A stretch of 64,000 nucleotides of DNA from Synechococcus sp. Its GTDB lineage: Bacteria; Cyanobacteriota; Cyanobacteriia; Thermostichales; PCC-7336. The DNA lies in contig JBFRWD010000103.1 of NCBI GenBank assembly GCA_051439425.1, positions 33,031 to 97,030 on the forward strand. Reading direction: 5' to 3'. The position numbers and the translations under genes are program-made. The notes below the pieces were generated by a model, which worked only from the letters and a program-made list of their open reading frames with translations, was not told the DNA's origin and made no database searches. Position 1 is the stretch's first letter, and every line of letters begins with the position of its first letter. Shown piece after piece: positions 62,898 to 64,000 of the stretch.

Positions 62898-63818
62898 TTA
62901 CTCTTGGCCGAACGCCGGAGGGAAAAACAGTACCGAATGCCAACTGCGCCGTAAAACCTCACCAGTAATGCTGGGAACGGTCAGTTCCCAGATTTTGCCA
63001 ATGTTTGTCGAGCTGGTGGCGATCGCGGTAATATCCTCTTCCTGAGCCGTAGTCAGAATTTCCTTTACAGGTGAGCCTTTGCGAACCGAATATTCAATGG
63101 ACAGGGGATGTCCAACTTGCTGGGTGAAATACTCCCCCAACTCACGTAGCTTGGCCTCTGCATCGCGACACTGTTCTTCGGCATCTTCCTCCGAGTAGCG
63201 TCGGCTCGACGTATCTAGAACCGCAAGCAACATGACTGCCTCGCATTTGGTTTGCTTGCATAACAGAGGAGATAGCATATCAAGCAATCCCTGTCTGGGA
63301 CTTTCCAAATCACATGGCACCAACAAATAATCGAACAGATGCCCGCATCTTAACTTCAGCTCAGCTACAGTCATGCTCGCAACTAGCTGCGGACGCATGA
63401 TCAAAATTGGGATTTTGAGCTGCTGAATCAGTTTCATGGTGGTGCTGCCAAACACCTTTTCGGCCAGCAAGCTGCGACCCGGAGGTCCTAAAATTAGAAC
63501 ATCAGCTTCGAAGTCTTCAATCTCACGTTGCAAAACCTCTCCAGGCTTCCCCACCTTAGCGGTAATGGTGGGTTCAAAGGTTGCCTCTGCCACCTTGGGA
63601 TCGATGTATTGTTGGATTGCTTCTCGAGCTGCTTTGATTTCGGGTGCGTGAGACTCGGGGATCCCCCCAACTTGGCGATCTCCCCAAGGTACTGCATGAA
63701 CGAAGTTGAGTGCCTTGACACCACTATCGTGGAAATCCTTGAGGCACAGACCCAAGCGGTACATGCCATCTTCAAGATCGGTTGCCACAAGTACGCGCTC
63801 GAACATGCACCACTCCAT
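62898..63818 (-). CDS. Tandem-domain universal stress protein
   Basis: FERVLVATDL, FGSTT, IPILIMRP, second domain GSPVKEIL...VLRRSWHSVL; start may be MFERV. Confidence 0.85.
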   Translation of the reverse strand: MEWCMFERVLVATDLEDGMYRLGLCLKDFHDSGVKALNFVHAVPWGDRQVGGIPESHAPEIKAAREAIQQYIDPKVAEATFEPTITAKVGKPGEVLQREIEDFEADVLILGPPGRSLLAEKVFGSTTMKLIQQLKIPILIMRPQLVASMTVAELKLRCGHLFDYLLVPCDLESPRQGLLDMLSPLLCKQTKCEAVMLLAVLDTSSRRYSEEDAEEQCRDAEAKLRELGEYFTQQVGHPLSIEYSVRKGSPVKEILTTAQEEDITAIATSSTNIGKIWELTVPSITGEVLRRSWHSVLFFPPAFGQE

Positions 63819-64000
63819 TGCAAGCCAAAGACCGACTTTACCGTAGCACCCCTATTCCTGGGTGTGGACGCCGCGCAATTGACCTTAATAGCTTCATTGT
63901 GGGTCCGTTTTCCACAAATGGCCTCTTCGTTTCTCGCTTTTTTCGAGATTGCAGTCGCTGTCCCAAATACGTATCGCTACAGCATTCGATAGCCGTGAGG

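Overview
This is a cyanobacterial chromosomal window, inferred from abundant HIP1 GCGATCGC sites and FurC, DevH and TIGR04376 orthologues. The left third (1-19 kb) is mostly housekeeping: uppP, menC, menE, tRNA-Cys, queA, furC, sixA and fabG. The centre (about 23.7-47.2 kb, all on +) is a Wzx/Wzy-type exopolysaccharide cluster. It encodes four intact sulfotransferases, five glycosyltransferases, a priming sugar transferase, Wzx, Wzc, a Wzy/O-antigen-ligase-family protein, an epimerase and a Gfo/Idh/MocA oxidoreductase. It also contains a decayed pyruvyltransferase, a decayed fifth sulfotransferase and an IS1380 remnant. Unusual regulatory elements surround it: two tandem membrane-tailed receiver-only response regulators, a WecG-type glycosyltransferase fused to MshEN-like repeats (also present as a stand-alone protein upstream), a canonical NtcA-type promoter before wzc, and a G11 tract in wzx. 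The right third holds a HEAT-repeat protein with a degenerate NACHT-like domain, devH, moaD, a peptide ABC permease, queE/queD, prfC, a PAS/GAF histidine kinase and a USP. Two families of about 95-104 bp intergenic elements share a 28-bp inverted-arm architecture and join at TATA-like cores. All calls come from motif recognition by eye; no database searches were run.
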